A DNA stretch of 64,000 nucleotides from Phoronis australis (lineage: Eukaryota; Animalia; Phoronida): contig NMRA01000006.1 in assembly GCA_002633005.1 (NCBI GenBank), positions 204,485 through 268,484 on the forward strand, written 5' to 3'. A model generated the notes under the pieces. It did not search any database, had not been told where the DNA came from, and saw only the letters and a program-made list of their open reading frames with translations. The position numbers were made by a program, and so were the translations under genes. Every line of letters begins with the position of its first letter. The first letter of the stretch is position 1. Positions 50,601 to 63,580 of the stretch are shown one piece after another.

Positions 50601-53600
50601 ACAAACAAAAACCAGAACGAAACAATAACAAAGACATATGAAATGCAGCGCATTCTTTTTCTCGTCAAATTTTTGGAGTTTGCGTGTCTAAAACATTCAG
50701 CACACATTTCTATCAACATAACAAGTGCTATGAACAGTCAGTCAATCCACAGAACCCTTTCCAAGTTTAGTTACAGCCTTCACTAGTTCAACAGTATTTG
50801 GCTTCATTTATACATCCACCCAATGCAATGCTAACCCTTCTTTGGCAAAACCTGGCATGGAAAGTCATTTCTCATGATCATCAAATAGTTGAGAGAGATG
50901 CATGCACTCACAGAAAGGCAGATTTTACCAAAATTAAAAAGAAAAATTGATAAACGAATGTCTTCGGGTGACAAATGTTGGATGTATTTGCACCGTCCCT
51001 CCATCGACGATTCAGCTATGGTGACAACTACTTCTCAGTGGTGTTCACCCATAGCTAAGATTTGGATCATATATTGACCTGCATGATGTACTGACCTTAG
51101 ACAAGGAGAAAAAGTGGTTTGAACGTGGTGTGAAAGAGTGCATTTATGGAAGGATTGAACATCCTTCCCTGGACAAGACAGGACTCAGATTTAATTTGAC
51201 ACACACCAGGGATCGAGTATCAACGAAGATTTCCTGTCATTTATCACGTTCTCGACTATCTCCAACGGATATTACACAGGTTTGACAAAGTAAGCAGTGG
51301 CTGATGAAATGTTGCAATCGGTTTCTTTCTCAAACAAGTTCAGTACAGATTTACAATTTTTCTATATTTTATAAACTGGACCTGACTTATAATTTACATC
51401 AATTTAGTTGTAGGGGTTTGCGAGATAAACCCTGCATGTATTTCCGTGGCAAACCTTGTGTGCATTTAGGTGATACAATGTTGCATGCACTTAAGTGATA
51501 CAACGTTGCATGCATTTGGGTGATACAATGTTGTCTTCATTTGGGTGATACAATGTTGTATGCATTTGGGTGATAAATTGGACCAGTTAGATAGTTTATG
51601 CATTCATGGACCATCAGAGACTTGCCAGAATGTGCAAGGAACCTCAGCACCTCCCATTGGCAGCTAGGTGTAATTCACCTCCAGACAGAAAAAATGCCCA
51701 ATACACTGTAAGTAGCTTGAGAGACTGAATGAAGCAGACGTAGGCATAGGGGCAGAAGACTCCCCCTTCCCCCATTTTCCGGTTGATATTCATTTCAGCT
51801 CTGCTCTCCACTCCTTGAAAAACAGGCTCCACATCCCCACGTTCCCACTCAGTAGGTCATCCTCAACAGTACCCACTTGAACTTGCGCCATGATGCCTAA
51901 GCCCATTCACCAGTGGAGGGAAACACATGACATCCTACATAGCCACAGGGGCAGCACCATGCAATGCTTGCTCGTAACTGAAGTCTGCTGTTAAGCGGAT
52001 GCAACATGCTTCATAATAAACCACAAATAGCTACAGAGCAACAACTCGAAAATACCTTGGAATATGCACAGAAGCTTATGAGCTGCAGGTCGGTATGGAA
52101 ACCAACTTTCAGTTTTTTTCATTTACACAAGAAAGGATTCCAAATTTCCCACGGTCTTTGCACAATGAACCAAGTCGGTTCATCTATTGCACCTAAGGTT
52201 ACAGTTAAATAATTGCCAACTTGGTCTCTTCCAGTTTCAAGTTGTAGATTTTGACTTCACCTATAAACCGCTGTATTTAACTTTGAGGCAAAGTGCAACG
52301 CAACCTCAAAATTAAAGAACTCCAAACGTACGCAACATTTACCTAGATGCAATGTTCAAGGCTGCAAAGCAAATCGTTCGACAAAAGCAAGAGCATTTGT
52401 AAAGCTGTCAACCACAATGTGGCAAAATCTCACCTATTTAAAACACAGCATGACATATGAGTGAATTTTCTATTTCAAACTTTCTTTCATTAAAAACTAG
52501 GCAAGTGTTACCACATAAAAGCTTTATTATTGCTAAAAGATAGTCAATATTTCGAAAAATTGTGGGCATTCATGACAGTGTTTGAGGTAATGTGCAAAAT
52601 GAAAAACAGGTCAATTACGATAATCACTTTGTCCGAAATTGGTGAGATTTGACTACATTTCAATTTACAACAGTGAAGACAATTACAACAAGGTCTCGTT
52701 TCATTGGCAAGAAGGGCCGCGTTACAACAGGGAAGGGCCGCGTTACAACAGGGAAGGGCTGGGTCACAGCGGAAGGAAAGGGCCGGGTCACAAAAGGGGG
52801 AGGGCTGGGTCACAACAGGGAATGTGGAAGTACGCGAGAGTACAAGAGAGTCCATACTGGGAATTTCTGAGAATGAGTCACATGAAAGCTCATGAACCAG
52901 AGTACAGAAAATCACAGTGCAGTTAATACCAGATAATTAAGTGGAAGATTCCAAGTTTTACGAGTTTCTGAAAATTGAAACAATGTTGGCAGAAACGAGG
53001 AACTTTTAAGATAAAAAATGTCCAAATCAAATGTATATGGAGTACATTCAATTTAAGCAAACAAGAATGTTCTCTATTTTCAATTCATTTTGTGCCTGCT
53101 GACATCTGATGTTGAGTAATTCCCAGTGATAAGCCAATTATAAGAGAACCCAATGTGTGTCAGTAGGCTAACAGAAATTCCCAGTGCAAAAACAGCGTCA
53201 CAGATCTCAGCGACAAATGCACGAGCAATGCACAAACAGGTCACAACTCTTACAAAAGAGGGAGCCACAGAAGCCACACTTCAAGAATCAAAGCTACCAC
53301 TGTTCGATCACAACGTTGCTGCAATCCCGTCACCACACTGACAATTGGTGTTCAACTGATTTGCGCCAATTTGAAGGAGCGACGTTTGACTTAGCTCAGG
53401 CCAACAGGGTATATTTTTACTAGCTAAAACAAGTTCTTAGCCTCAATTTTAAAGTTGTCTTTGTGAAAAATAAGGCATTAGCACCAGTGCAGCAGCAATT
53501 TAAGAGATGTTTTATGAAAGAGTGTTTTTTGAAATATTATAAAAACAGAGTGCCCTTATCCGGACAACTTTGGAACTTCTCTGAAAAATAGAAAAAATGA

Positions 53601-56600
53601 AAATGTGCTGATCTCCAATCAAAAAATACTTTATTTACACAATCATAGCAATTGAAAATTTTAATCTGGACTTTTTTATCGAAAACAAGGTCATTTCCCA
53701 GAATTTGAGACAGCTGCTTGGTACAGAATGCAATTAAATAAGGTGTTGAAAAATGAAACTGCAGTCAATTTTTATTCATAGTCTCTTGTCTATTACAATA
53801 AATTGAACATTTTTGGATTTTTATTATTAATTGAATTTCCGATGTGAACGAGAGCCACAATTCACAAGCATGCAATTCGAATGTTTTCTAAATTATCCAG
53901 TCAAAACGATTTTTGAATGCAAAATTGTACATTGTCATAGTAATTTTTTCAATAACTAATTATTAGAAGCGTCTTCTCAACAACCGAAGAAAGACAGGTG
54001 GCAAATTCGATGTTTCTTTACTTTATCGCCCTCTTTTTTCCAGACTAAAACTATTTAAAGTCAAAGTTAAGTAAAAAAAATCAGATACTGAAGCTTTCAA
54101 ATGACGCATTTAGTTTTAACTAAATCATGACAAAACTTTTGAAATTGTAATTCAAAGTGGGAGCATGTGCTTCAAGTGACCAGTTCAAGACACTCCAGAG
54201 AAGGGTACTCTTCATACTGCAACACAATTTAGTGACATAAGCATCCAAAGGAGATCTTTTGTAGCTCCAAGTTATGAAAACTCCACAACAAGAAGCGAGA
54301 TGCAGAACACGATTTCAAACATGCCGACTGGAGTCGAGAAACAGCTTGGTGAGTGAAGCCAGTAATATCGCATGCGGAGAGGGAATACAACATAAGATGG
54401 CGGTGGTGGCGACACCAGCGGGGCGACTCACCAAGTTGGGTCGGTCATAGGATTGAGGCGGCGGCAGCGGTGCAACGCCGCCCGCATCGGCGGGACGGAG
54501 CTGCAGGTAGTAGGAGTCAGAGAGAGGGTCACTGATCCCACTCACCATGCTAAACTGTTCAAACTGCTGCTGGAGGGCAGGGGTGACTACGCCCGGCCCT
54601 GAGGCCTGGTGCGAGTAATGCCGCTGCTGCTGCTGCTGCTGTTGCTGCTGATGCTGCTGCATGAAGAATGAGTCACTGAATGGGTTGCTGGTGCTGCCAG
54701 GCGGTGTCAGGCCCGGCGACTGCTGCGGTGAACACGGCGAGTGCTGCGAAAGAGGTGAGGTTGGCGACTGGCATGGGTCGGTACCGTTGCGGTATTGTGT
54801 AATGGCACCCTGCAAGGAAACAGGAAGTAAGAACCTCGTGACAAGTACCACAATCGAGATAACAAGAATAACGAGCGTGACCATTTTACAGTTTCTGAGA
54901 GTGCGAGAATTGCACAGTACATCAAGTGGGATCCAACTGGGTAAAATGCGATTCACTACACATCCTGACAACAAAATTGCAAGGAAAACGTTCTCATTAG
55001 AATTGGTGTGGGAAATCGTCAGACGAAACAACAAAATAAACCAGACGCTTTGAATGGCTAAACATTCAAATACAACAGCGTCCCAACCGTGGTAAGCATG
55101 GATATACTGGGAGGAGGAGCCTGCTCAGAATGATTGACAAACTATATAATGGTCATGCGCAAAAGCTGACGAAGAACATCATTAGTTGAAGGGGAAATCT
55201 TAGCACAAGTGCAAGAGAAACAAAATGTATTTTTCTATAACTAACACTTGAATTATCATTTGAGGAGATTTAATTAAGTGGCTAGGAACCAAATTCCGTC
55301 CTAAAAATTTATCTTTAATCTGGACCACTTACTGCTATGAAATTGGTCTTTTAAAATTGTTCCTCGCTTATATCAGAAACAATCGACAGGTCGTTGCCGA
55401 GACCACATTCTACGAGTTTGCTCATCACGATGAACAATTTTATGCAACAACTACAGTCTAAAGCAAAAAAAACAAGTCAGTTTTGAAAGCCAAAAATACG
55501 CTACTTCACCAAAGTAAGGAGCAAGTCGAGATCATAAACATCAGCACGGAGCGACCGCGGTTTACATTTACCTATCCTGTATTCCAACATAATTACTATG
55601 CGAAAGGTGGGAAACCCCTCACTCATCGAAAAAGGCCTGGCAGATCACGCCCAAACGTCTGCATCTAACTGAACCGTCTTTAAGTAAGTGATTATTTCTT
55701 ATTCCTATGCCTCTAGAGACCAATAACCAACTTATTCTCCGGAATTCGAGATCAGTTTCACAGCGACAAGTGGTCTAAATCAAAGTCAGCATATTTGACG
55801 GAACCATAATAGATACTTAAAAGTTACTGAACTCCAGTTTAGTGAATAAGAAACTTAATGCTCAGTTTACAGGCATGAATTTACTCGAATGCGGATACAC
55901 TGAACCGAATCACGATCACAATCAGAGTACAAAAAATACCCAGCCATGTGTCATTCCGTTCTCTAACAATAATCACAAGGAAAACAGAGGTCACAAGACC
56001 GTAGACGTTTGCCAGACTTTCCTTTGCCGTGTGAAAAAAGATGTGTTCGTTGAAAGAACTCAAACCTTGAGAAAACTCGTAAAATGTTGAGTAGTTTCAA
56101 TTCTGAAGAGTTCAAGACAAATGAAAAATGGTAAAAAATTCTCCAACCGAGACTTGAACCCAGGATCTTCCGCTAACTGTGCACACTCAAAAGTGTTGGA
56201 CATGGTACGGTAATACCAGTCATGAGTTGACAATATACTACAAGATCTCAACAATTTCGGACAAAAATAGAAACAAAATATTTTTTCTCATTTTTCAAGG
56301 GCTTCTAACAATGTTGCAGCTCCTGCAATGGTGGTAGTCATGGTAACACGATTTGAACACAGGAAGGCATTAATTTGGTGCCACATCTTTTTGGAAAAAC
56401 GAAAACATATAATTGCTCGTTGTCTGTAGTGCGTCCTAAATTGGCGAGATGTTACTTTAGGTTAGTACTTTACACAGTATGTCTGTCATGGCTATGTCAA
56501 AGTGAAGAAGTTATCTGTTAGATATTTTTATGGACAGAGATAAGAATGTAATATGACAGTTTTAAAGGTCAAGACACATGTCTGGCGAAGGATTTAGATG

Positions 56601-59600
56601 AAACCTCTGATACTTCAAAGATTTTCAGAGCACCCGACATTTCAATACCACGCGACCGCAAACCAAGTCAAATCCTACACCGTCAGAGGTTACTCCCCAA
56701 AAATGGCCTCCCGAGTGCAGAACGATGACCTACCTGAGAATTTGTTAAATTGTTTAAAAGTGGATTCTTCTGCTGTTGTGTTAGCTGCCGGTGTTTCTGC
56801 CGATACAACTGATAGCGTTGTTGTAACGGGTTGGCCAGGCCGGAGCCCTGTGGTGCGAGAGACAACGTACATGCGGTCAACACACACACAAACAACAACC
56901 ATGTCAACAGTCAACAACAGCAATAACAACACCAACAAAAACAACGACAATGTTAATGTTGAGAACTGAAGGCTCATATGCCGAGTAGCACTGATAGACA
57001 AGAGAACTGTGTCTGAATCGGTAACAATTCTTCAATTTGCTGAGAAATTTGAGAAAATGAAATTTCACCTGCCCGCCGTACTGCGTTCCAAACTGAAGAA
57101 ATTTTACCGTAAAGTTGTTTTATCAGGAGGCACGACAATGCTGCACTAGTATAATGTAATTTAAGGGTCTTTAAATGAATTCATGTCTTACATTTCTATG
57201 AATCCACCTGTCAGTGAATGGTATGGTCAAGATGTATACCTAGGCCTCAAAAGCCCGGTTGCTAGCTGGGCAACTGAGTCAGAAAACAAAGTTGCCACGC
57301 CAGTGTTAGGTCACTCAGTTTTTTGATATAGCGCGCTTTTCAGGACTCAAAACCCCTGTCCGGCATATACAGAGCCAACAAACTTGTTGCCAAATATGGG
57401 TCAGAAATCATTCATTTATTGAGATTTTGCCCACTATTCGGCAGCCTTATAAAATTGAGAATTCCTATTTAACCTCACAAAAAGAATGCGCTTTTTACAT
57501 GCTGAGATTCCTGAGCAATGCTGACGATATGTCGATCTTAACCCTAACCTAAATTGTAAAAAAGGTCTGTGGACCGACGCTTTGGCTGAGGGTAGGCGTG
57601 GCGTAAGGCAAGGTTGAATAAACATGTTTATTTTACCTTCCTGACCAAAGAAAAAGCGCTGAGCCAATACTTCTTATAATACAAATTTCAATGCGGGAAG
57701 TATTTGCAGAGAACGGAACGTTGTCGCTGAATTAGTTATTGGCAATTTTAGCCAATCACAAAGTCCAAATTCTTTGTGACATAACAAGTTGATCTATATA
57801 TGGCATACATAGAAAAATAGGTCATTTCACGTGACCAGTCACTATGACCTTCTGAAACTTTGGAGCGGAGAAAACACGGGTTTTCAAAATCGCATTAAAA
57901 TGGATTGTTTTGAAAATGAACTTGTTGCGGCACAGAATGAAAGATGGTGGCTGTCTATGGTCCATGTAAGCTTCATTTCTAACCACACCACTGTGTTGGC
58001 AATTTACTTACCAGAATGACATTGCCATGTCTGGGATTCAGACATAACGGCAAGCTCCACTATAAGTTAAGTTTCCACGCCTCAAACATTTTGAAAATAG
58101 CTGGTACAAAATTAATTTCAAACGACGCTTCAAAAACGTGCTAACGGTCTGTTAGAAAGGAGGTTAAAACCCCAATAACACCACCACGGATGTGACGATT
58201 TATTTCTTTGAACTCCGCACAGGAAAGCAATAAAGTGCCTACTCTCCGCCCAGGCAACTAGCTATTAAACTTCTACTCGCCCAGCGCCACTTAAGTCACA
58301 TTGGCGACTGGGCAAGTGGCCAAGAATATCCTTGTACGATATAATATTTAATGGCTATAAGAATTCACATTAATGGTTGACAGAATTATTTCCCATGCGA
58401 GGTTTATCATCAATCACGGTAATTCATATGATTTCTTATCACTCAGCAATGGTTAATGTTGAAAAGAGAGGTTTTCCATGAATTATGATCAGGTTGATAT
58501 GAATTCGCATCAACAAAATTTCGATGTATTTCTGGAATGTAAGCGTAAGCATGCAGCCACAGAAGATTACATGGATGTTCAGGTTAAAGATTTTTTTCAC
58601 TGTCATTAGTATAACTCGGCATATGGACCTTTAACTAAGGGTTAACACAGTGATGTGCCCGGAAACAATAGATCACGATTCACTCAGGGGTAGGGATGTC
58701 ACATGACTACACCAACTCGTATGAACAGTGGCGAGAGCTGGAGTTTTGTACGATGCTGCCATCTCGTGGACACTTAGCATATCTCGACTCAAAAGCTGAA
58801 TCTTCCTGCGTTAAGCTTAATACTCCAACATGGCTAAACACCCTCTCTCGAGTTTTAAAAATTTCACTTTTTAACGTCCGTCCACCAATTCCCAGCTTCA
58901 CAATGCCCTCTGATGCGACCCAACAGATCTCGTAAGCAATGTTTGCAGCAACATACATGTAGAAACAGGTCAAACATGTTAATACAAGTTTTCTGTAGCG
59001 ATCCTTTTTCAAAACTTAAGACATCAAATCCAAATGATACCATTCTATCCATTACACATAGCTAATGATCACCGGGACTTGATAATGTCAGCTAATCACT
59101 CATCACATAGGTAATGACCACTTGATCCTGATGACGTCGGCTAATTGTCCACAAACAATGACAAAAAAGAATCGAAACATTCAGAAAGCTGAGGCAAAAC
59201 AAAATTCCACTTTTTCGTCACGGTGTATCTCCCCTCGGCTGAACAGTCTTTAATGTATTTCAAGTTATTAGTGCGTGATATTCTATGACATTTTAATTGT
59301 GAAACTTAATAATGTTAAGCCGAAGTTACTAGAAAGTTACACCACGACCTTGGCAAAAATTGCACAGAACAGCATGCAAAAGTAAGTACAAACAAGTCAT
59401 TTCACATGAATGTATTGAGGTGTTTCGAAGAGAACAGCCCGATCAGAAATTACCCATCTCAAAATTGCACCTGTAGCCCTTTACTAGCACACGAAGCATA
59501 CACATGACGAGTCAGAATTCGAAGAGTTCGGGATAACGTGGAACCGCAATTTTCCCCGTCACGACGGCTGAGAGCTGTCATCATAGAACAGTCCATCATG

Positions 59601-62578
59601 ACAGGAATGACAATTGGGTTTCATCGCAATGAATTTCCCATCACCATAGGTGGGATGCACGAGGACTTTATAGATTAATTTTATAGCCATATCAACAATT
59701 CACCGCGACCGTTATTAGTCCAGCAGAAACACTATTCTATCATTTGGTTTTAGCGCAGATGACGCATTCCCGGCCTTTTTCGCTGCAAACTGTTTTAGCC
59801 GTCATGACGAGTGGAAACAGTACGTTGTCAGATTTCTTTTGGCACATTTAAAAAAACAGCCATTGAAAGCTGATAACCCATTAAACAATTAGCACCACTT
59901 CCCCAGTGTCTCTAGTTGCCCGTGTGAAGCGCGACATTTTCAAACTACGTTCATCATTTCCAAAACCCTGCACAACTCGCTGAACGGAAAAGCGTCAAAA
60001 CAAAATCAGAATCCATGCCAAGTGATATTTTCAATGATTGTGCTTCATCATTCGCTCAACAACAAACATTCTTTGAGATTACATGGACGATTACAATGGT
60101 TACTTCAACTAAACTGATACAACATTGTACCACAAATGGTGAAACTACAGAACAGGGCAAAAGCAATCAGACAAAATACGATTTCTCCCATCGTGACAGT
60201 TATTCTATCTACTCTAATGGCGAATTGCCCAATCGCAAGCTCTGCCACCTTGCAAATCGACAAACAAACAATAAGTTTTACATGGCAACGTGTTGTTTGT
60301 TGGGCAAAATGGCAGCTTGGAAACGAAGAAGTGTCAAGAATGGTGCGTTCTGATTAGTCACTTATGGCGTCACTCAAAGTACTGGCAGTAGATCAATTAA
60401 GCTTGAACTCACCCATCGCAACACGGAATTCCGTTTGCTCTCAGCTGCCATAGTGGGGAATTCTGGGTCATTTTGTCTGATTATTTTTAGCATTTACTAT
60501 AAATTTAACCAAATATTAAATAAACATGTGCCTGCACTTATTGTTTATGCAAACGGGAGAAACCAACCCGTGTCAGTTAACTCATATTGGAGTTAGGAGT
60601 TAGTGAACATGCGAGTCCTTCAGAGACTGACTAAAAGTACTACTGTTGGCATGATTGGATACAGGCTCTATCTACACACAAATTATGAACTACTACATTG
60701 AGGCACGTCACCTTGTCGAGTACACAAGATTTAGAAGTTGGTGTAGCTGACAGTATTTGACGCGATGCGGAACGGTTGGTTGCCTGGGGTGACCAAAATA
60801 AGTGGCATTTTTTAATGTTGTGAATCCGCAACCTTGGTAACCATTGAAAGCCAAGCAACTCTGTATTGCGTGGCAAATCTAAATCCTACTTTTGAATAGC
60901 CAGAGCGCTAATTAGAAATGCTCGATATTTTGGCCACGCTATATTCAGTGAAGCACTGCTTCAACTCTGGTCAATATCCAAGTCCAATGCCAGCAGACTT
61001 AGGACATGAGTAATGCTAAAGAATAAATGTTCCATAGAATGTCTGAACAAAAGCTGAACATTCTTAGTGTGATCTCTTTGAAGCTCACATAGAACTACCT
61101 ACAGATTTAATGCCGGCATTTATGAATAGTCTCACCTTGACACAATACAATTACAAGGTGACGTGCACTTAACATCTACTGCATACTGTATGCTGACTGT
61201 CGAGACTCACCGGAAGATTGTGGCGGAGGTGTGTGGGGCTCCCTAACACCAGTGGACTGGGACTGACGTGGGGCCGCCGCCTCGACGGGCTCTGTGGCAC
61301 GGGAATGCCCATCCCGCCGACCATGGGGTGAGGCGAAGTGGGCGAGAGACTGGCCGAGTTGCCCTGGGGGTAAGACGACGTGGATGACTGGTGCTCCTCC
61401 AGGTCGAGTGGTGTAGACAGGGGCGAGGGGAACTGGAGGATGGTGAGGTCGGGCAGGGACCCCGTGTTACTGGACATGGGTATGTTGTTGGTCAGGTGAT
61501 GGGACGTGTCTGTGTCCACCGTGGGGTAGATACTGAAACGCAGAGAGATGTGTCGAGACGTGCCAATGTTAACAGAGTGACAGGCTATTGAGATGTGTGC
61601 AGAGGGGTCAGGCTGTCATGGAGCATTACTATCGAGTATTCAATCACAGAAACAATCGTTAAACAGCAATTGGTCCCTAATACATCCGTGTAAAATTTCA
61701 AGAGTCACTTTTTTAGTAATTAAAGCAAATCGTAAAAAAGAATTTCACCTAACTGCAATCAGATGTCGCTCTATGCACTTGTCTTGAAACACTGTTCTCC
61801 CTTGGAAAAAGTGGTTCATTGCAACAAAGGCTGCTGTGTGTGTGTGTGGCTTATACACATAAACAACATTATCTTTCCAATTCTGGCTTTGGATACAGTG
61901 TTCAGGTGTGAAACATATCTTCAATCTACATTACTATGACACTAAGGACTACAGATTTACACACATATGTACAACTGAATTGAACAGCCAGGGTATTTTT
62001 GAACAGAAACGAGCACAGCCAGATGCATGGGTGCGTCGGTAACTTTTTGATCAGATGAGTATTCACTCGCAGAGAACTTTAAATCAGTTGTGCTAAACTA
62101 TGGCAACAATTTTGTAACTTAATACATACAAATCTCAAAGTGACATTATCAACAACAGAAAGTGGTTTTCTGAGATCAGCACTGGAGAAAAATCGAATTC
62201 ACAAACTCAGGGGATACAATCTTAACACTCCTAGCCGAGCTAAGACCTTGCTTGACGAATGGCCGAGTAGTTCAAGCACATTTGTCTGGTAAACTCCTCA
62301 GCCTTGATTTCAGGTAATGGCTGGCAGACAACAGCAGATTTATAATACTAACACAAAAACACAACAGATTTTCTTGTATTATAGCCCTGGCCAACGATAA
62401 CAACTTAAAGAAATTCATCCCATTCAACAATAATCCTAGAAATGCACTTTTCCGCCATCAAACCGATCATGTCTCCTTAAGGCAATAGCAGACGAGATGG
62501 TTCTCAAAATGTTTCTTCTCACTGCACCACTCACCTAATACCAGGCACTTCACCACAGGACTTGGGTCGAGAGTGCAG
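47489..62578 (-). CDS. CRTC: CREB-regulated transcription coactivator (CRTC/TORC), 3' part; complement join(62578-62535, 61532-61211, 56847-56734, 54809-54546, 49229-48971, 47691-47489), last 401 aa
   Basis: CRTC motifs: [61 protein letters not shown], and the C-terminal activation domain [32 protein letters not shown]. The N-terminal CREB-binding exons lie beyond the window. Confidence 0.93.
48345..48752. mobile_element. MITE with ccggttgcat / atgcaaccgg termini; another copy starts at ~63981
   Basis: gcccggttgcatgaaac ... tatgcaaccggcc; gccctgttgcatgaaacgg at the window end. Confidence 0.55.
48971..49229 (-). CDS. CRTC: CRTC penultimate coding exon
   Basis: tacctttcag|[11 protein letters not shown]...[10 protein letters not shown]-g|gttcgt; phase 0-1. 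Confidence 0.85.
50980..51402 (+). mobile_element. Penelope-like retroelement 3' remnant (GIY-YIG endonuclease end)
   Basis: From 51082: [39 protein letters not shown], matching the PLE motif [13 protein letters not shown]...E.PSLN..G. It is followed by a ctgatgaa-containing tail. Confidence 0.8.
51460..51576. repeat. Minisatellite, ~5 x 24 bp
   Basis: Unit tgcatttgggtgatacaatgttg(c/t)a. Confidence 0.85.
52711..52822. repeat. G-rich minisatellite, ~4-5 x 22 bp
   Basis: Unit gaagggccgcgttacaacaggg, decaying to agggctgggtcacaacaggg. Confidence 0.8.
54546..54809 (-). CDS. CRTC: CRTC exon (SP-rich, polyQ)
   Basis: ccttgcag|GAITQYR...QSPTSP...QQQFEQFSM|gtgagt; an alternative in-frame donor lies at 54432. 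Confidence 0.88.
56734..56847 (-). CDS. CRTC: Probable CRTC exon (Gln-rich, phase 0-0)
   Basis: caccacag|[38 protein letters not shown]|gtaggt; 114 nt. Confidence 0.7.
59551..59817. mobile_element. MITE of the CGTCATGACGGCT-TIR family
   Basis: ttccccgtcacgacggct ... agccgtcatgacg. Confidence 0.6.
61211..61532 (-). CDS. CRTC: CRTC exon (GSLPDLT regulatory site)
   Basis: gtttcag|IYPTVD...GSLPDLT...RHNLP|gtgagt; phase 2-0. Confidence 0.93.
62535..62578 (-). CDS. CRTC: CRTC 44-nt exon
   Basis: tctttcag|[14 protein letters not shown]|gtgagt; phase 0-2. Confidence 0.9.
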
Positions 62579-63314
62579 CTGAAAGAAAATGAAGTGAGAG
62601 TTGTGAAGATTCCACGCTTCCGGGGTAGAAATGTAAGAGGAGGCAACCAGCCATAGTGGTAAAGCAAACGATCAAAAGACAACACTAGATGTCACGGCTA
62701 AACCTCTCAGCCAGGTCAGTAGCTCTTAGACTCGCATTTTCAAATTTTCTGTTATGTATGCACATCCTATCCTAACCATTTCTTTTAAACTTGAACTCCT
62801 GTGGTTGTGAAGTGTACACACGTCAGGTAATTTCCGTTAATCAAAAGTTATCATAAAAGACTTTTTATATGAATTCATCATACACAGTTTAGCATCGATC
62901 GTGATTTCTTATCATTCATTCATTGAACAATGATGATCGCATGAGATTTTCCATGAATAACGCTATGGCAGACGATCAGGCTGATGATCATTTATCATGA
63001 GCCTGGTGTGAATGTATAGTAGCCAAATGGGGAGGGGGATAATTATCACTTAACTGGAATGACATCTTATAACATTATGAAAGTCCAACCAATATAAAGA
63101 GGTGTTTCTTTCAAGCACGATAACTTGAACGCTAACAATAAACCAGCTCAGTCAATCGCACACCATGTTTTCAAACCATGACCGAAAATTAATACCATGC
63201 ATAAAAAAGTCATTCACATTTGTTACAGTTAAGTCAGCTGCTTTTATCCTCAGACATGAACTAGTCAGGAAAGAAACCTGGCATAACACAGTGAAAGCCA
63301 AAATGACCCCGAAC

Positions 63315-63580
63315 TCCCCCGTCATGACGGCTGGGTGGAAGCCAAATTCACCGTCAGAGTAGTCTCCCCTGATGACCGTCAGAGTAGTCTCCCCTGATGA
63401 CCGTCAGAGCAGTCTCCCCTGATGACCGTCAGAGTAGTCTCCCCTGATGACCAAGAATGAAGAGGAATTAACATAAAAGTAAATGTGGTGGCTAAGCCAC
63501 TCTGTAATTTTAATTTCACTGCCCTAATAGTTGTCACCAGTCCTTATTGCAGTTATCACGATTAGCCGTTATGACAGGGA
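63315..63580. mobile_element. MITE of the CGTCATGACGGCT-TIR family carrying a 4 x 25 bp internal array; relatives at ~44200-44400, ~49370-49845, ~60440-60480
   Basis: TIRs tcccccgtcatgacggct / agccgttatgacaggga. Array ccgtcagagtagtctcccctgatga at 63351-63450. Shared gaagccaaatt...gtcagagtagtctcccct...gaatgaag. Confidence 0.7.

Noticed and set aside
54661-55053. Plus-strand ORFs opposite CRTC exons (also 48993, 56598, 61391)
   Set aside because: Antisense shadows of GC-rich coding exons.
56130-56200. tRNA gene (B-box gggttcaagtc on - strand)
   Set aside because: No cloverleaf could be built; at most a decayed tRNA-derived SINE head.
58707-59012. 101-aa minus-strand ORF as an extra CRTC exon
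   Set aside because: No CRTC-like composition or convincing splice pair; the flanking exons already join in phase.
63351-63450. 25-bp repeats as a CRISPR array
   Set aside because: The units are head-to-tail with no spacers, lie inside a MITE, and there are no cas genes in this eukaryotic context.
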